Program-made: the position numbers and the translations under genes
The notes under the pieces: model-generated
Database searches by the model: none
Told to the model about the DNA's origin: nothing
The model's input: the letters and a program-made list of their open reading frames with translations, nothing else
Source of the DNA: an uncultured cyanobacterium
GTDB lineage: Bacteria; Cyanobacteriota; Cyanobacteriia; PCC-6307; Cyanobiaceae
Direction: 5' to 3'
DNA: 64,000 nucleotides
Assembly (NCBI GenBank): GCA_963765575.1
Contig: CAVXWZ010000002.1
Span: 64,001 to 128,000 of the forward strand
In this document: positions 20,395 through 31,120 of the stretch, piece after piece
Layout of the letters: every line of letters starts with the position of its first letter
Position numbering within the stretch: the stretch's first letter is position 1

Positions 20395-21781
20395 GGCTGT
20401 CCGGATTGGTCTCGATCAACTCGGCCAGGTCCTTGAGGAAGGCGGCGGCGTGGGTTCCGTAGATCGTGCGGTGGTCGCAGGTGAGGTTCACCTGCATCTG
20501 GCGGGCCACACGGATCGAGCCGTCCTTCGCGGCCACCACCGTGGGCAGCGAAGCCGCCACCGCCAGGATGGCGCCGGTGCCCGGGGGCAGGATCGCATCA
20601 AAGCGGTCGACGCCGTACATGCCCAGGTTGGAGAGGGTGAAGGTGCCGCTGCTGTACTCCTGCGGCTGCAGTTGCTTGCTGCGGGCCCGGGCCACCAGGT
20701 CGGCCCAGGAGCGCGCCAGCGAATAGATGTCGGTGCGGTCGGCGTCGGCCAGCACGGGCGTGATCAGGCCGCCGTCCTCCATCGCCACCGCCACCGCCAC
20801 GTTCACCGCCGCCGGATAGGCCATGGCGCTGCCGTCGGCATGGGTGGCGGCATTCACCTGGGGATGGCGGGCCAGGGTCACGGCCACGGCCTTGGCCAGC
20901 AGGGCCGTCATGGTGACACCCTTGCCCTTCACCTGCTTGTAGAGCGCGTCGAGTTTGGTGGTGGTGATCGCATAGCCCACCCGGAAGCAGGGCACCTCCA
21001 GGCTCGCCAGCATGTTGCGGTTGACCGCGTTCTGCAGGGTGTTGAACGTCACCGCCTCCCCGGGCCGGCCGAAGCTCTGACCACTGGCCGCGGGGGCAGC
21101 AGGCGACCCGCCGTTGCCGCCGCCGGCGGCGGCGGCCAGCGCTGGGCCGCTGCCCTCCGCCACCCGGGGCACGCTGACCGGCTGGCCGGTGGCGGCCAGC
21201 ACGTCGTCGGCCTGGATGCGGCCGTGGGGGCCGCTGCCGGTGAGGGCACTGAGATCCACCCCCAGCTGGCCGGCCAGCTTCCTGGCCCGCGGCGAGACCA
21301 CCACCCGGCCGCTGGCCGTGGAGGCGGGAGCCACCAAGGGCGCCGCAGTGGCGACCGGGACCGGCGCCGGAGCAGCCGGCGCAGGAGCAGCAGGACGTGG
21401 CGGCGCCACCGCAGGACTTGGTGGGGCAGCCACGGGCTGGGCCGCGGGCGCTGGTGGAGCCGGGGCAGGGGCCGCAGCTGGAACCGCCGCTGCTGCCGGA
21501 GCGGCGGGAGCGTTGGCGGCGGCCGCGGCGATGTCCGCCTCGGTTTCCACGATCAGACCGATCGTCTCCCCCACCGGCGCCGTGCCGCCGGCAGGCATCA
21601 GCACGGCGGCCAGGAAGCCCTCCTGGAAGGCCTCCACGTCCATGTCGGCCTTGTCACTCTCCACGACCAGCACCGATTCGCCGCGCTCAACACGGTCGCC
21701 GGGCTGCTTGAGCCACTCCACGATCTTCCCCTCCGTCATCGTCGAGGAGAGGGCGGGCATGAAGATTTCGTGGGTGGCCAA
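20384..21781 (-). CDS. pdhC: Pyruvate dehydrogenase E2, dihydrolipoamide acetyltransferase
   Basis: [11 protein letters not shown], lipoyl ESDKADM, Ala/Pro linker, [18 protein letters not shown]. Confidence 0.95.
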   Translation of the reverse strand: MATHEIFMPALSSTMTEGKIVEWLKQPGDRVERGESVLVVESDKADMDVEAFQEGFLAAVLMPAGGTAPVGETIGLIVETEADIAAAAANAPAAPAAAAVPAAAPAPAPPAPAAQPVAAPPSPAVAPPRPAAPAPAAPAPVPVATAAPLVAPASTASGRVVVSPRARKLAGQLGVDLSALTGSGPHGRIQADDVLAATGQPVSVPRVAEGSGPALAAAAGGGNGGSPAAPAASGQSFGRPGEAVTFNTLQNAVNRNMLASLEVPCFRVGYAITTTKLDALYKQVKGKGVTMTALLAKAVAVTLARHPQVNAATHADGSAMAYPAAVNVAVAVAMEDGGLITPVLADADRTDIYSLARSWADLVARARSKQLQPQEYSSGTFTLSNLGMYGVDRFDAILPPGTGAILAVAASLPTVVAAKDGSIRVARQMQVNLTCDHRTIYGTHAAAFLKDLAELIETNPDSLAL

Positions 21782-21830
21782 CTCGATGCGCCGCGGTGTC
21801 GGACGGGATTTTACGAGGCCTGCCGCCAGC

Positions 21831-22274
21831 TCAGACAGCGCCCTCGATCGCCTCGATCACGCCATCGCGCACCAGCACGGCCGCCTGCAGCTTCTCCACC
21901 AGGTTGTCGCCCACGCCCACGGCCACCACACTCTCCAGCTGTCCCTGCTCCACCACCTGCTCCATCTCCAGCTCGCGCACCTGGCGCTGCTGCTCGATGA
22001 TCTGGCGCTTCTGCTCCTCCAGCTCGGCCCGCTTGCTCGTCACCTGCTGCTGCACCGAGCCCACCTGCTCCTGCACCCGGGGGTCGAGGGGGTTGAGGCT
22101 CTGGCGCCGGATTTCAGCCACCAGCTGCTGGCCCTCCTGCTCCAGCTGGGCCAGCTGGCCATCGCTGTTGGCCAGGGCATTGGAGAGCTCGCGCTCGGCG
22201 TCCTCCTTCCAGCGGGGGGTGACCACGGCCCGCACGGTGATCGAGCGCTTGATCGTGATCGTGCCGTCAGCCAT
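21831..22274 (-). CDS. YlqD family protein
   Basis: IKRSITVRAVVTPRWK, coiled coil, QGQLES, VGDNL, VLVRDG. Confidence 0.8.
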   Translation of the reverse strand: MADGTITIKRSITVRAVVTPRWKEDAERELSNALANSDGQLAQLEQEGQQLVAEIRRQSLNPLDPRVQEQVGSVQQQVTSKRAELEEQKRQIIEQQRQVRELEMEQVVEQGQLESVVAVGVGDNLVEKLQAAVLVRDGVIEAIEGAV

Positions 22275-22376
22275 GAACTCACTTCTGCAGCGCTCAGGCT
22301 GTCAGTGGGGCCAGCTGCGGTCAACCACCACGGCCGGGGCACGGCACTGGCAGGGTGAGGGCAGCCGCCGCGGCCC

Positions 22377-23614
22377 GTGGACACGCTCAGCCCTGCCGAT
22401 CTGCTCGCCGACCTGCGCCCCCGGCTGCGCGATCCGGCCGGCCTGCTGGTGGTGCAGGACCTCGACGGGGTGTGCATGGACCTGGTGCTCGATCCGCTCA
22501 CCCGCCGGCTCGAGCACACCTACGTGCAGCAGGCCCGCCAGCTGGACGGACGCTTCTGCGTGCTCACCAATGGCGAACACGAGGGCCGGCGCGGCGTCAA
22601 CCGGCTGGTGGAGACGGCCCTCGGCGACAGCCACGATCCAGCCGGCCAGGGGCTGTACCTGCCCGGCCTGGCCGCCGGCGGGGTGCAGCTGCAGAACCGC
22701 CACGGCGAGGTGGCCACCCCCGGGGTGAGCGCCGAGGAGCTGGCCTTTCTGGCAGCGTTGCCGGCGCGCATGGCCGAGGCGCTGCGGGCCTGGTTGCCCG
22801 GCTTGCTGCCACGCCTGGGCGAGCCCGAGCTGGAGGAGCAGATCGATCGGGCCGTGCTCGACAACCCCCTCTCCCCCACGGTCAACCTCAACGGGCTGTT
22901 CCAGCTCAGCGCCGCCAGCGAGCGACCGGTGGCCCTGGCGCGACAGCTGCAGCAGGGGTTGCTGGAGCTGATGCAAAACCTGCTGACCCAGGCCGAGGCC
23001 CGGGGACTGGCCGGCAGCTTCTTCCTGCACCTCGCCCCCAACGTGCTCGACGCCGAGGGCCATGAGCAGCCGGTGTGGGCCTCCGAGGCCGGCATCGGCA
23101 CCACCGATGTGCAGTTCATGCTGCGGGGCGCCATCAAGGAGGCGGGCCTGCTGGTGCTGATCAACCGCCACATCGCCCGCCACCACGGCGTCCACCCCCT
23201 GGGGGAGGCCTTCAACGTGCGCTCCGCTCCCCGCAACCTGCAGGATCTGCTGGCCCTGGCGAGCGAGCGCATCCCGCCGGCGCTGATGCCCCTGCTGGTG
23301 GGGGTGGGCGACACGATCACCTCCAGCGCCGGGCCCTCGCCGGAGAGCTGGCGGCGGGGGGGAGCGATCGTGGCTTCCTCACCCTGCTGCAGGAGCTGGG
23401 GCAGCGCTTCGATCGCCCCAACCGGGTGCTGCTGGTGGACAGCAGCGGCGGTGAGGTGAGCCGGCCCTCGATGGCCGACGGCAGCCTGCGGGGACTCACC
23501 GACCCGGCCGATCCCCTGCGCCTCGACGCCCTGTTCCCCGGCGGGCCAGCCCAGTACCGGACCTTCTTTGCGGAGCTGGCCGCGGCCGCGGGGGAGCGGC
23601 GGGCCCGGCCCTAA
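22377..23614 (+). CDS. stpA: Glucosylglycerol 3-phosphatase (StpA/GgpP), frameshifted in the G-run at 23356-23362
   Basis: VQDLDGVCM, VLTNGEHEG, YLPGLAAGGVQ, GTTDVQF, VGVGDT; C-terminal GGSDRGFL...VDSSGGEV is in the -1 frame. Confidence 0.9.
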
Positions 23615-23624
23615 TCCGGGCGAT

Positions 23625-25535
23625 TCAGCGGTAGAGGGCCTCGATGGCCGCGGCGTCGCGGGCGGCGATGCGCTCCCGGCGCTGCTTCAGGGTCTGGGTG
23701 AGCAGGCCGTTCTCCTGGCTGAAGGGCTCCACCAGCGCCACCGCCCCCAGGCGCTCGTCCGGGCGGGCGCCGGGCCGGGCCGCCAGCAGGCGGTTGCACT
23801 CGCGGGCCAGGGCGCGCAGCAGGGGCAGGCCGGCCTGGCTGGCGAAGGCCTCCAGGGGCTCGCGGCGGGGCACCACCAGGGCGCCGAGTTGCTTGCGGTC
23901 CTGGCCCACCAGCATCACCTGCTCGATCAGCGGACTGGCGACCAGCGCGTCCTCCAGGGGACCGGGCTCAATGTTCTCGCCACTGCTGAGCACGATCGTG
24001 TCCTTGGCCCGGCCGGTGAGCACCAGGCAGCCATCGGGCAACAGCCGGCCGAGGTCGCCGGTGTCGAACCAGCCCTCGCCATCGAGCACCCGGGCCGTGG
24101 CCTCGGGCTTGCCCCAGTAGCCCGCCATCACCTGGGGGCCGCGGGCCAGCACCAGGCCCCGCTCGCCGATGCTCAGGGGCCGGCGCTGTTCGGGATCGAC
24201 GATGCGGATGGTGGTGCCCGGCAGCGGCTGGCCGGCGCTGCCGCGGCGGTTGGCCCAGGGGCGGCGGCAGCTCAGCACCGGACTGGTTTCGGTGAGGCCG
24301 TAGCCCACCAGCAGCTCGATGCCGATCGCCTCGAAGAAGCTGTCCACGTGCAGGGCCAGGGCGCCACCACCGCTGATCGCCGTGCGCAGGCGCCCGCCCA
24401 CCAGCTGGCCGCGCACCTTCGGCCACAGCAGCGCGGCCGCCAGACGATGCAGCGGCCAGCGCAGGGCAGCCTCCACGGCCGCCGCCAGGCGGCTGGCGGG
24501 GGCCTCGGGCAGCAGGGTGAGGTCGAGGCACTGGCGACGGGCCCCGCCGTAGGCCCGGCTGTTGGCCAGGGCCCGGCGGATCAACCCCTGGCGAGCCGGC
24601 GGCATGGCGGCCAGGGCGTCCTCGAAGCCCGAGAGCAGCGCCTCCCACAGCCGCGGCACGCTGATCAGATAGTGGGGCCGCACCCGCTGCAGATCGCCCC
24701 GCAGCTGCTTGAGGGTGGTGTAGGTCTGGTGGCAACCGGCCGAGAGCAGGAAGTATTCGGCGCTGCGCTCATAGGAGTGCCAGATCGGCAGCACGCTCAC
24801 CACCCGATCTCCGGGGCGGGGCGCCACGGCCACGCCGAAGTGACGCAGCTGGTGCAGCAGGTTGGCGTGGCTGAGGGGGACGCCCTTGGGGCGGCCGGTG
24901 GTGCCGGAGGTGTAGAGGATCGTCGCCAGCCGTGCCGGATCCGCCGCTGGCGCTGCCGCCGCCCGGCCCTCGGACAGGGCCGCCGCCCCCCGCTCCAGCA
25001 AGCCGCTCCAGCACAGACAGCAGCCGGCCCCGGGCTCCGCCGGCGGCTCCCCCTCCAGCACCACCACCATGCGCAGGGCCGCCAGCCGTTCAGCGGACAG
25101 GTCAAGCCGCTCGAGCAGCGCCGCTGACTCCACCACCAGGCCCACGGCAGCGGAGTCATCCAGGATGTAGCGCAGCTCCTCCACCGGCGCGGTGCTGCCC
25201 CGCACCGCGTCGCCGGCCCCGGCGCGCATCAGGCCCTGGTCGCTGATCAGCCAGCGGGGGCCGTTCTCGGCAAACAGTGCCACCACATCGCCCGGTCCCA
25301 CCCCCAGGTCCGCGAAGGCCGCCGCCACCTGCTCGATCCGCTGCTGCAGCTGCCGGTAGCTGAACTGCTCCGGCGGGTGGGCGTGGGGGGCATCGAGGGC
25401 CGGGGCGTCGCCGTGCAGCCGCGCCAGCTCCGGCCACAGCTGCTCCAGCCCCGTGAGGGCGCTCCAGTCGTGACGCTCGGCCAGGGCCTGGCTATCGCGG
25501 CGACTGGCCGTCCAGCGAACTTCGGCGACGGCCAT
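23625..25535 (-). CDS. Long-chain acyl-ACP synthetase / AMP-binding enzyme (Aas-like)
   Basis: YTSGTTGRPKGV, VLPIWHSYER, GYGLTETSP, WFDTGDLG, GRAKDTIVLSSGENIEP. Confidence 0.9.
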   Translation of the reverse strand: MAVAEVRWTASRRDSQALAERHDWSALTGLEQLWPELARLHGDAPALDAPHAHPPEQFSYRQLQQRIEQVAAAFADLGVGPGDVVALFAENGPRWLISDQGLMRAGAGDAVRGSTAPVEELRYILDDSAAVGLVVESAALLERLDLSAERLAALRMVVVLEGEPPAEPGAGCCLCWSGLLERGAAALSEGRAAAAPAADPARLATILYTSGTTGRPKGVPLSHANLLHQLRHFGVAVAPRPGDRVVSVLPIWHSYERSAEYFLLSAGCHQTYTTLKQLRGDLQRVRPHYLISVPRLWEALLSGFEDALAAMPPARQGLIRRALANSRAYGGARRQCLDLTLLPEAPASRLAAAVEAALRWPLHRLAAALLWPKVRGQLVGGRLRTAISGGGALALHVDSFFEAIGIELLVGYGLTETSPVLSCRRPWANRRGSAGQPLPGTTIRIVDPEQRRPLSIGERGLVLARGPQVMAGYWGKPEATARVLDGEGWFDTGDLGRLLPDGCLVLTGRAKDTIVLSSGENIEPGPLEDALVASPLIEQVMLVGQDRKQLGALVVPRREPLEAFASQAGLPLLRALARECNRLLAARPGARPDERLGAVALVEPFSQENGLLTQTLKQRRERIAARDAAAIEALYR

Positions 25536-25565
25536 GGGACCCGGGCTCACGATCAAACCCAACGG

Positions 25566-26246
25566 TTACCACCCCTCCAGGGCTTCCCGGGGCGCCGGGG
25601 GCCGCAAGTGCAGTTGGAAGCTGCGGGCGAAGCTGGCCAGCAGGGGCTGGCGCAGGGCCGCCGCCGAGAGGTCGGGCCGCCACTGCGCCAGCCGCCCCAC
25701 CGGCTGGTCGGCGATGCCGCAGGGCACGATCGCCGCGAATCCCTCCAGGCTGCAATCCACGTTGAGGGCCAGCCCGTGCTGGCTGATCCAGCGGCGGGCG
25801 CCCACACCGATCGCCGCCAGCTTGCGCCCCTCCAGCCACACACCGGTGCGGCCCTCCTGGCGGCCGGCCGCCAGGCCGAGGGGGGCCAGCAGGTCGATCA
25901 CCACCTGCTCGAGCTGACGCAGGTAGCGGTGCAGGTCGCCGCCGTGGCGCTGCAGGTTGAGCACGGGGTAGAGCACCAGCTGGCCGGGCAGGTGATGGGT
26001 CACCTCCCCGCCCCGATCAATCCGGAAGAGGGGCAGCGGCGGGGCGGCCGGATCGAAGCCCAGGTGGGCCGTGCTGGCGCCACGGCCGAGGGTGTAGCAG
26101 GGCTCGTGCTCCAGCAGCAGCACGGCCTCGGGTGCGGCCGGATCGCGCAGCAGCCGCTGTTGCAGCTGGCGCTGGGCGCTCCAGGCCAGCGGGAAGGGCA
26201 CCGGCCTGGGGGCTTCAAAAAGGATTGCGTCGAGCGGGGGGGGCAT
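25566..26246 (-). CDS. lipB: Lipoyl(octanoyl) transferase
   Basis: [41 protein letters not shown]. Confidence 0.95.
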   Translation of the reverse strand: MPPPLDAILFEAPRPVPFPLAWSAQRQLQQRLLRDPAAPEAVLLLEHEPCYTLGRGASTAHLGFDPAAPPLPLFRIDRGGEVTHHLPGQLVLYPVLNLQRHGGDLHRYLRQLEQVVIDLLAPLGLAAGRQEGRTGVWLEGRKLAAIGVGARRWISQHGLALNVDCSLEGFAAIVPCGIADQPVGRLAQWRPDLSAAALRQPLLASFARSFQLHLRPPAPREALEGW

Positions 26247-26303
26247 GGGCAGGGGGGCTTCCTACCGTTGGGGTGTGAGAACACCGGAGGCGGCTGCCAT
26301 CTG

Positions 26304-26891
26304 ATGAAACTTTTGATCCATGGCCGCAATCTTGAAGTCACCCCGGCGATCCGGGATTACACCGAAACCAAGCTCGCCCGGGCGATCAGCCACTGCGAGG
26401 ACATGGTGAAGGAGGCCGACGTGCACCTGTCCGTGGCCCGCAACCCCAGGGTGCCCCAGCAGATCGCCGAGGTCACGATGTTTGCCAACGGCACCGTGAT
26501 CCGCGCCCAGGAGCGCAGCGACAACCTCTACGCCAGCATCGATCTGGTGGCGAGCAAGCTCACCCGCCAGCTGGACCGCTACAAAAAGCGCCTGCAGGAG
26601 CGCCATCAGGGGCCGGTGCACCGCTCGGCCCGTGATGAGGAGGCCGGCGCCGCCAGCCTGCCGCCGCCTGGCTCCAGCCTCACTGACGGCAAGGAGCCGG
26701 AGCTGCCCAACCGTGGCGTGCGCCGCAAGTATTTCGACATGCCGGCGATGACCCTCGACGATGCCATGCACCAGCTGGAATTGATCGACCACGACTTCTA
26801 CCTGTTCCGCGAGGCCGATTCGGGCCAGCTCCAGGTGGTGTATCACCGCAACCACGGCGGTTTCGGGGTGATCCAGGCCAAGGAGGCCTGA
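26304..26891 (+). CDS. hpf: Ribosome hibernation promoting factor (long HPF / LrtA)
   Basis: MKLLIHGRNLEVT, DVHLSV, LYASIDLV, C-terminal RKYF.M...LIDHDFY. Confidence 0.95.
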   Translation: MKLLIHGRNLEVTPAIRDYTETKLARAISHCEDMVKEADVHLSVARNPRVPQQIAEVTMFANGTVIRAQERSDNLYASIDLVASKLTRQLDRYKKRLQERHQGPVHRSARDEEAGAASLPPPGSSLTDGKEPELPNRGVRRKYFDMPAMTLDDAMHQLELIDHDFYLFREADSGQLQVVYHRNHGGFGVIQAKEA

Positions 26892-26901
26892 TGCAGAGCG
26901 C

Positions 26902-27576
26902 GTGAGCCACGACCGGCCCGACCTCGCCCCGCTCATCGACCATGCCCTGCTGGATCCCCACCAGGGCAGTGACGCCATTCAGCGTTGGTGCGACGAAGCC
27001 CGCCACTTCGGCTTCGCCGCGGTCTGCGTGGCCTCCCGCTGGGTGGCCACGGCGCGGGAGCGGCTGCCGCGGCCTGGTGAGGGCCGCGGCCAGGCGCCGG
27101 CCCTGGTGAGTGTGGTGGGCTTCCCCTTCGGCGCCATCCCGGCGGCGCTGAAGCTGGCGGAAGCCGAGGCCGCCGCCGCCGCCGGCGCCGACGAGCTCGA
27201 TGTGGTGCCCGACTTCGGCGCCCTGGCCGATGGCGACAGCGGTGCCGTGCTGAATGAACTGGCGTCCATCTGCGAGCTTGGGCTGCCGGTGAAGGTGATC
27301 CTGGAGGCGGAACGGCTGGAGCCGGACCAGCTGGAGCTGCTGGTGGAGATCAGCATCGATGCCGGCGCCCGCTTTCTCAAGAGCGGCAGCGGCTTCGGCC
27401 CCCCGGTCACGGCCGCCCTGGTGGAGCAGCTGCAGCGGTTGGCCCGCGGGCGGGCCGCGGTGAAGGCCTCGGGAGGCATCGCCGATCTGGAGCAGGCTTT
27501 CGCCCTGGTGGAGGCCGGCGCCAGCCGGCTGGGAACCAGCCGCGGCGTCGCCCTGATGCAGGCCCTGCGGGGCTGA
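26902..27576 (+). CDS. deoC: Deoxyribose-phosphate aldolase
   Basis: IDHALL, FAAVCV, VVGFPFG, GADELD, VKVILE, VKASGGI, RLGTS. Confidence 0.92.
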   Translation: MSHDRPDLAPLIDHALLDPHQGSDAIQRWCDEARHFGFAAVCVASRWVATARERLPRPGEGRGQAPALVSVVGFPFGAIPAALKLAEAEAAAAAGADELDVVPDFGALADGDSGAVLNELASICELGLPVKVILEAERLEPDQLELLVEISIDAGARFLKSGSGFGPPVTAALVEQLQRLARGRAAVKASGGIADLEQAFALVEAGASRLGTSRGVALMQALRG

Positions 27577-27582
27577 ACCGCC

Positions 27583-28401
27583 GTGGCCGAGTTCCAGCTG
27601 GAGGGCCTGGCCCTGACCTGCAAACCCCTGGGGGAAAGTGACCGACTGCTCACCCTGCTCAGCGACAGCCACGGCCTCAGCCGGCTGGCGGTGCCGGGGG
27701 CCCGCCGGCCGAAGAGCAGCCTGGCGGCGGCGACGCCGTTGGCCCACCTGCACCTGCAGGTGGGGGGTGGCCGGGGGCTGCGGCGGGTGCGGCAGCTGCG
27801 CCTGCTGCGCAGCTATGGCGGCCTGGGCCAGCAGCTGGAGAGCCTGGCGGCGGCGCAGGCCCTGGCCGAACTCTGCCTGGCTCTCGTGCCCACGGATGTC
27901 CCGGCACCCGGCATGCTGGCCGACCTGCTGATGCAACTGGGACGGCTGGATGAGCGGGTGCGTGACCAGGGGGCGGCGGCCGAGGCCCTGGCCGTGGCCG
28001 TGCAGGGCTCGGTCCACCTGCTGGCCCTGGGCGGCTATGCCCTGCCCCTGGGCCGCTGTGCCCACAGCGGCGCGCCGCTGCAGCCGCCGATCGGCGACTG
28101 GAGCTGGCGCAGCAGCTTTCTGCCCGCCGATGGGCTGGTGATCGGTGTCCGCAACGAGGCCCGCCTGGTGCTCAACGCCTCGGAGCTGGCACTGCTGCAG
28201 CGGCTGGTGCGCCCGGCCCTGCCACGGCGCCGGGACGGCGCGCTGATGGGACCGCCGGCGGTGTGGCTGCGGCTGCTGGAGCTGGTGGCCTGCTGGTGCG
28301 ATCAACACCTCGGGCGGCGGCCGCGCGCCTTCCGCCTGCTGGGCAGCGGCCTGGCGAAGCTGCTGGAGAGTGGCTCGATGGATGGGGACACGCCCACGTG
28401 A
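27583..28401 (+). CDS. recO: DNA repair protein RecO
   Basis: LGESDRLLTLL, VPGARRPKS OB-fold N-terminus; follows deoC. Confidence 0.9.
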   Translation: MAEFQLEGLALTCKPLGESDRLLTLLSDSHGLSRLAVPGARRPKSSLAAATPLAHLHLQVGGGRGLRRVRQLRLLRSYGGLGQQLESLAAAQALAELCLALVPTDVPAPGMLADLLMQLGRLDERVRDQGAAAEALAVAVQGSVHLLALGGYALPLGRCAHSGAPLQPPIGDWSWRSSFLPADGLVIGVRNEARLVLNASELALLQRLVRPALPRRRDGALMGPPAVWLRLLELVACWCDQHLGRRPRAFRLLGSGLAKLLESGSMDGDTPT

Positions 28402-29744
28402 CAGGCTCACCCACCAACGCTCGGCAGGGCACCGGTGTGGCGACGGTGCTGGGCCGCAGCGACTTCCGCTGGCTGTGGCTGGGTCAGATCTGCTCCCAGC
28501 TGGCCGACAAGTTCTACATCGTGCTGATGGTGTTCCTGATCGCCCAGCACTGGGTGAGCGGCCCGCCCAGCAGCCCCGCCCTGGCGGGGGCCGCTGCGGC
28601 GATGCGCGTGGAACTGCCGGAGACGCAGGCCCAGCTGATCACCCTGCTGGCCACGGGGATCTACGTGGCGAACACCCTGCCGGCGGTACTGCTCGGCGCC
28701 CTGGCGGGAGCCTGGACCGATCGCTGGCCCAAACGCCGCGTCATGGTGGCCTCCAATGGCCTGCGCGCCCTGCTGGTGCTGCTGGTGCCCCTGGCCCTGC
28801 TGGACGGGCCGCAGTGGCTGGGCTTGAGCTGGGGCTACTGGGCGCTGCTGGTGCTCACCTTCGTGGAGTCGTCGCTCACCCAGGTCTTCGCTCCGGCCGA
28901 ACAGGCGGCGATCACCTTCCTGGTGCCCCAGGCCCAGTTGCTGGCCGCCAATTCGGTGTATCAGACCACCAACATGGCCACCACGATCGTGGGCTTCGCC
29001 CTCGGCGAGCCGATCCTGCGGCTGCTGCGCCATGGCCTGGCCCAGCTGGGGGTGAACGGGGGCGAGTTCCTGCTCTTGCCGCTCTGCTACACGGCGGCGG
29101 CGCTGGCGATCAGCCGGATCGACAGCCACGATGAGCCCCGGCAGCGGCATCGCTCGCTGCGGCGGGAGGTGGGTGAAGGGCTGGCGGTGCTGCGCCAGCG
29201 GCCGCGGGTGGCCTGGGCGATGGTCCAGCTGGTGCTGCTCTACAGCCTGCTGGCCGCCCTCACCGTGCTGGCGATCAGCCTGGCCGCGGCCGTACCGGGA
29301 CTCGGCCCCACCCGCTTCGGCGTGCTGCTGGCGATGAGCGCCCTGGGCCTGGCGGCAGGGGCGCTGGCCGTGGCCCAGCTGGGCCAGGCGATCGGCAGAC
29401 ACCGCCTGGCGGCGGCGGGACTGGCCCTGATCGGCTGGAGCCTGCTGCTGCTCGGCCGGCTGCTCGGCAGCCTGCCATTCACCCTGCTGCTCTGCGGCGT
29501 TCTGGGGGTGGGGGCGGCCCTGCTGGCGATTCCCTCCCAGACCACGATTCAGGAAGAGACACCCAGATCCATGCGCGGCAAGGTGTTCGGGCTGCAGAAC
29601 AACCTCATCAACATCGCCCTGAGCCTGCCCCTGGTGCTCGCGGGCGCCACGGTGAGTCGCTGGGGCCTGCAGCCGGTGCTGCAGGCGCTGGCGGCCCTGG
29701 CCCTGCTGGCAACGCTGGCCGAGCGCCCCTGGCGCCGCTGGTAG
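28398..29744 (+). CDS. MFS transporter
   Basis: FRWLWLGQ..SQLADK, GAWTDRWPKRRVM, FAPAEQ, RGKVFG; ~12 TM. Confidence 0.9.
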   Translation: MTGSPTNARQGTGVATVLGRSDFRWLWLGQICSQLADKFYIVLMVFLIAQHWVSGPPSSPALAGAAAAMRVELPETQAQLITLLATGIYVANTLPAVLLGALAGAWTDRWPKRRVMVASNGLRALLVLLVPLALLDGPQWLGLSWGYWALLVLTFVESSLTQVFAPAEQAAITFLVPQAQLLAANSVYQTTNMATTIVGFALGEPILRLLRHGLAQLGVNGGEFLLLPLCYTAAALAISRIDSHDEPRQRHRSLRREVGEGLAVLRQRPRVAWAMVQLVLLYSLLAALTVLAISLAAAVPGLGPTRFGVLLAMSALGLAAGALAVAQLGQAIGRHRLAAAGLALIGWSLLLLGRLLGSLPFTLLLCGVLGVGAALLAIPSQTTIQEETPRSMRGKVFGLQNNLINIALSLPLVLAGATVSRWGLQPVLQALAALALLATLAERPWRRW

Positions 29745-29772
29745 CGTCAGCTCAGCTTGAGTGGATGGGCGG

Positions 29773-31120
29773 GTGACTCACATTGCCTGGCTGGGCAAAA
29801 AATCGCCGTTCTGCGGCAACGTCACCTACAGCCTGAACACCACCGAGGCGCTCAAGCAGCGCGGGCACGGGATCAGCTTCATCCATTTCGACACCCCTGC
29901 CGCCGGCCAGTTCGGCCTCAGCGAGCCCCAGGGGCGGCCGCTTGCTGGCAGGGAGCAGGGTCGCCGACGCCCACCAGCAGCCGGCCATGGCGTCGAAGCG
30001 CGCCCCCCGTGGCGGGGCTTCAGCCGGCGACCAGGCGGCCCACCCTGAGGCCGACCCCGCCAGCGATGTGGCGCTGCCCTACCTGGTGAAGTCCCAGGTG
30101 TACACGATTCCATCCCCTGGCGCCCAGCGGGAGTTGCGGGAGTCGCTGGAGCGGCTCAGGCCCGATCTGGTGCATGCCAGCCTCACCCTCTCCCCCCTCG
30201 ACTTCCGGCTGCCGGATCTCTGCCAGCAACTGGGGCTGCCGCTGGTGGCCACCTTTCACCCGGCCTTCGACGCCGGACTGCGCAACCTCGCCGCCGGCAC
30301 CCAGCAGCTCACCTATCAGCTCTACGCCCGGTCCCTGGCCCGTTTTGACCGGGTGATCGTGTTCTCCGAGCTGCAAGCCGAGGTGCTCGAGCGGCTGGGG
30401 GTGGCTGGCGAGCGGCTGGCGGTGATCCCCAACGGGGTTGATCCCGAGCTCTGGTGTCCGGCAGGCCTCCAGCCCAGTGCGGAGCTCAGCGAGCTGCGCC
30501 AGCGCTTCGCCGGCCAGCGTCTGTTTCTGTATATGGGCAGGCTGTCCACCGAGAAAAACGTCGAGGCCCTGCTGAAGGCCTGGCGGCTGGTGCGGCCGGC
30601 CGGATGCGTGCTGCTGATCGTGGGGGACGGACCCCTGCGGGGCCCCCTGCAGGCCGGACGCCGGGAGCCCGACGTGATCTGGTGGGGCTACGAACCGCGC
30701 CTGGAGATGCGCGTGGCCCTGCAGCAGCTGGCGGAAGTGTTCCTGCTGCCATCGCTGGTGGAGGGGCTGAGCCTGGCGCTGCTGGAGGCGATGGCCAGCG
30801 GCACCGCCTGTGTGGCCACCGATGCCGGCGCTGATGGGGAGGTGCTGGACGCTGGTGCGGGCATCGTGATTCGCACCCAGGGGGTCACGACCCAGTTGCG
30901 CACGCTGTTGCCGGTGCTGCGGGATCAGCCGGTGCTGACGGCAGAACTGGGAGCAAGGGCTCGCCAACGGATTTTGGAGCGCTATACCCTCACCAGGAGC
31001 ATTGATGCCCTCGAGCGCCTCTATCTCGAGGTCCGTCCGCCAACGCCGCTGGTGGTCAACACAGACCAAGCGACTGACAACACGAGGCAAAAGCCTCGCG
31101 CGGGTCGGATGAGCCTGTGA
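29773..31120 (+). CDS. Glycosyltransferase family 4, probable DGDG synthase (DgdA-like); frameshift within 29900-30050
   Basis: [18 protein letters not shown]-terminus in one frame; [45 protein letters not shown] in another; DgdA identity recalled from family memory only. Confidence 0.8.

Noticed and set aside
21330..21530. Low-complexity Ala/Pro stretch in pdhC
   Set aside because: Normal E2 inter-domain linker
26273..26279. GTGTGAG upstream of hpf as a Yfr1 sRNA target
   Set aside because: Only 7 of the 11 motif bases match; likely chance
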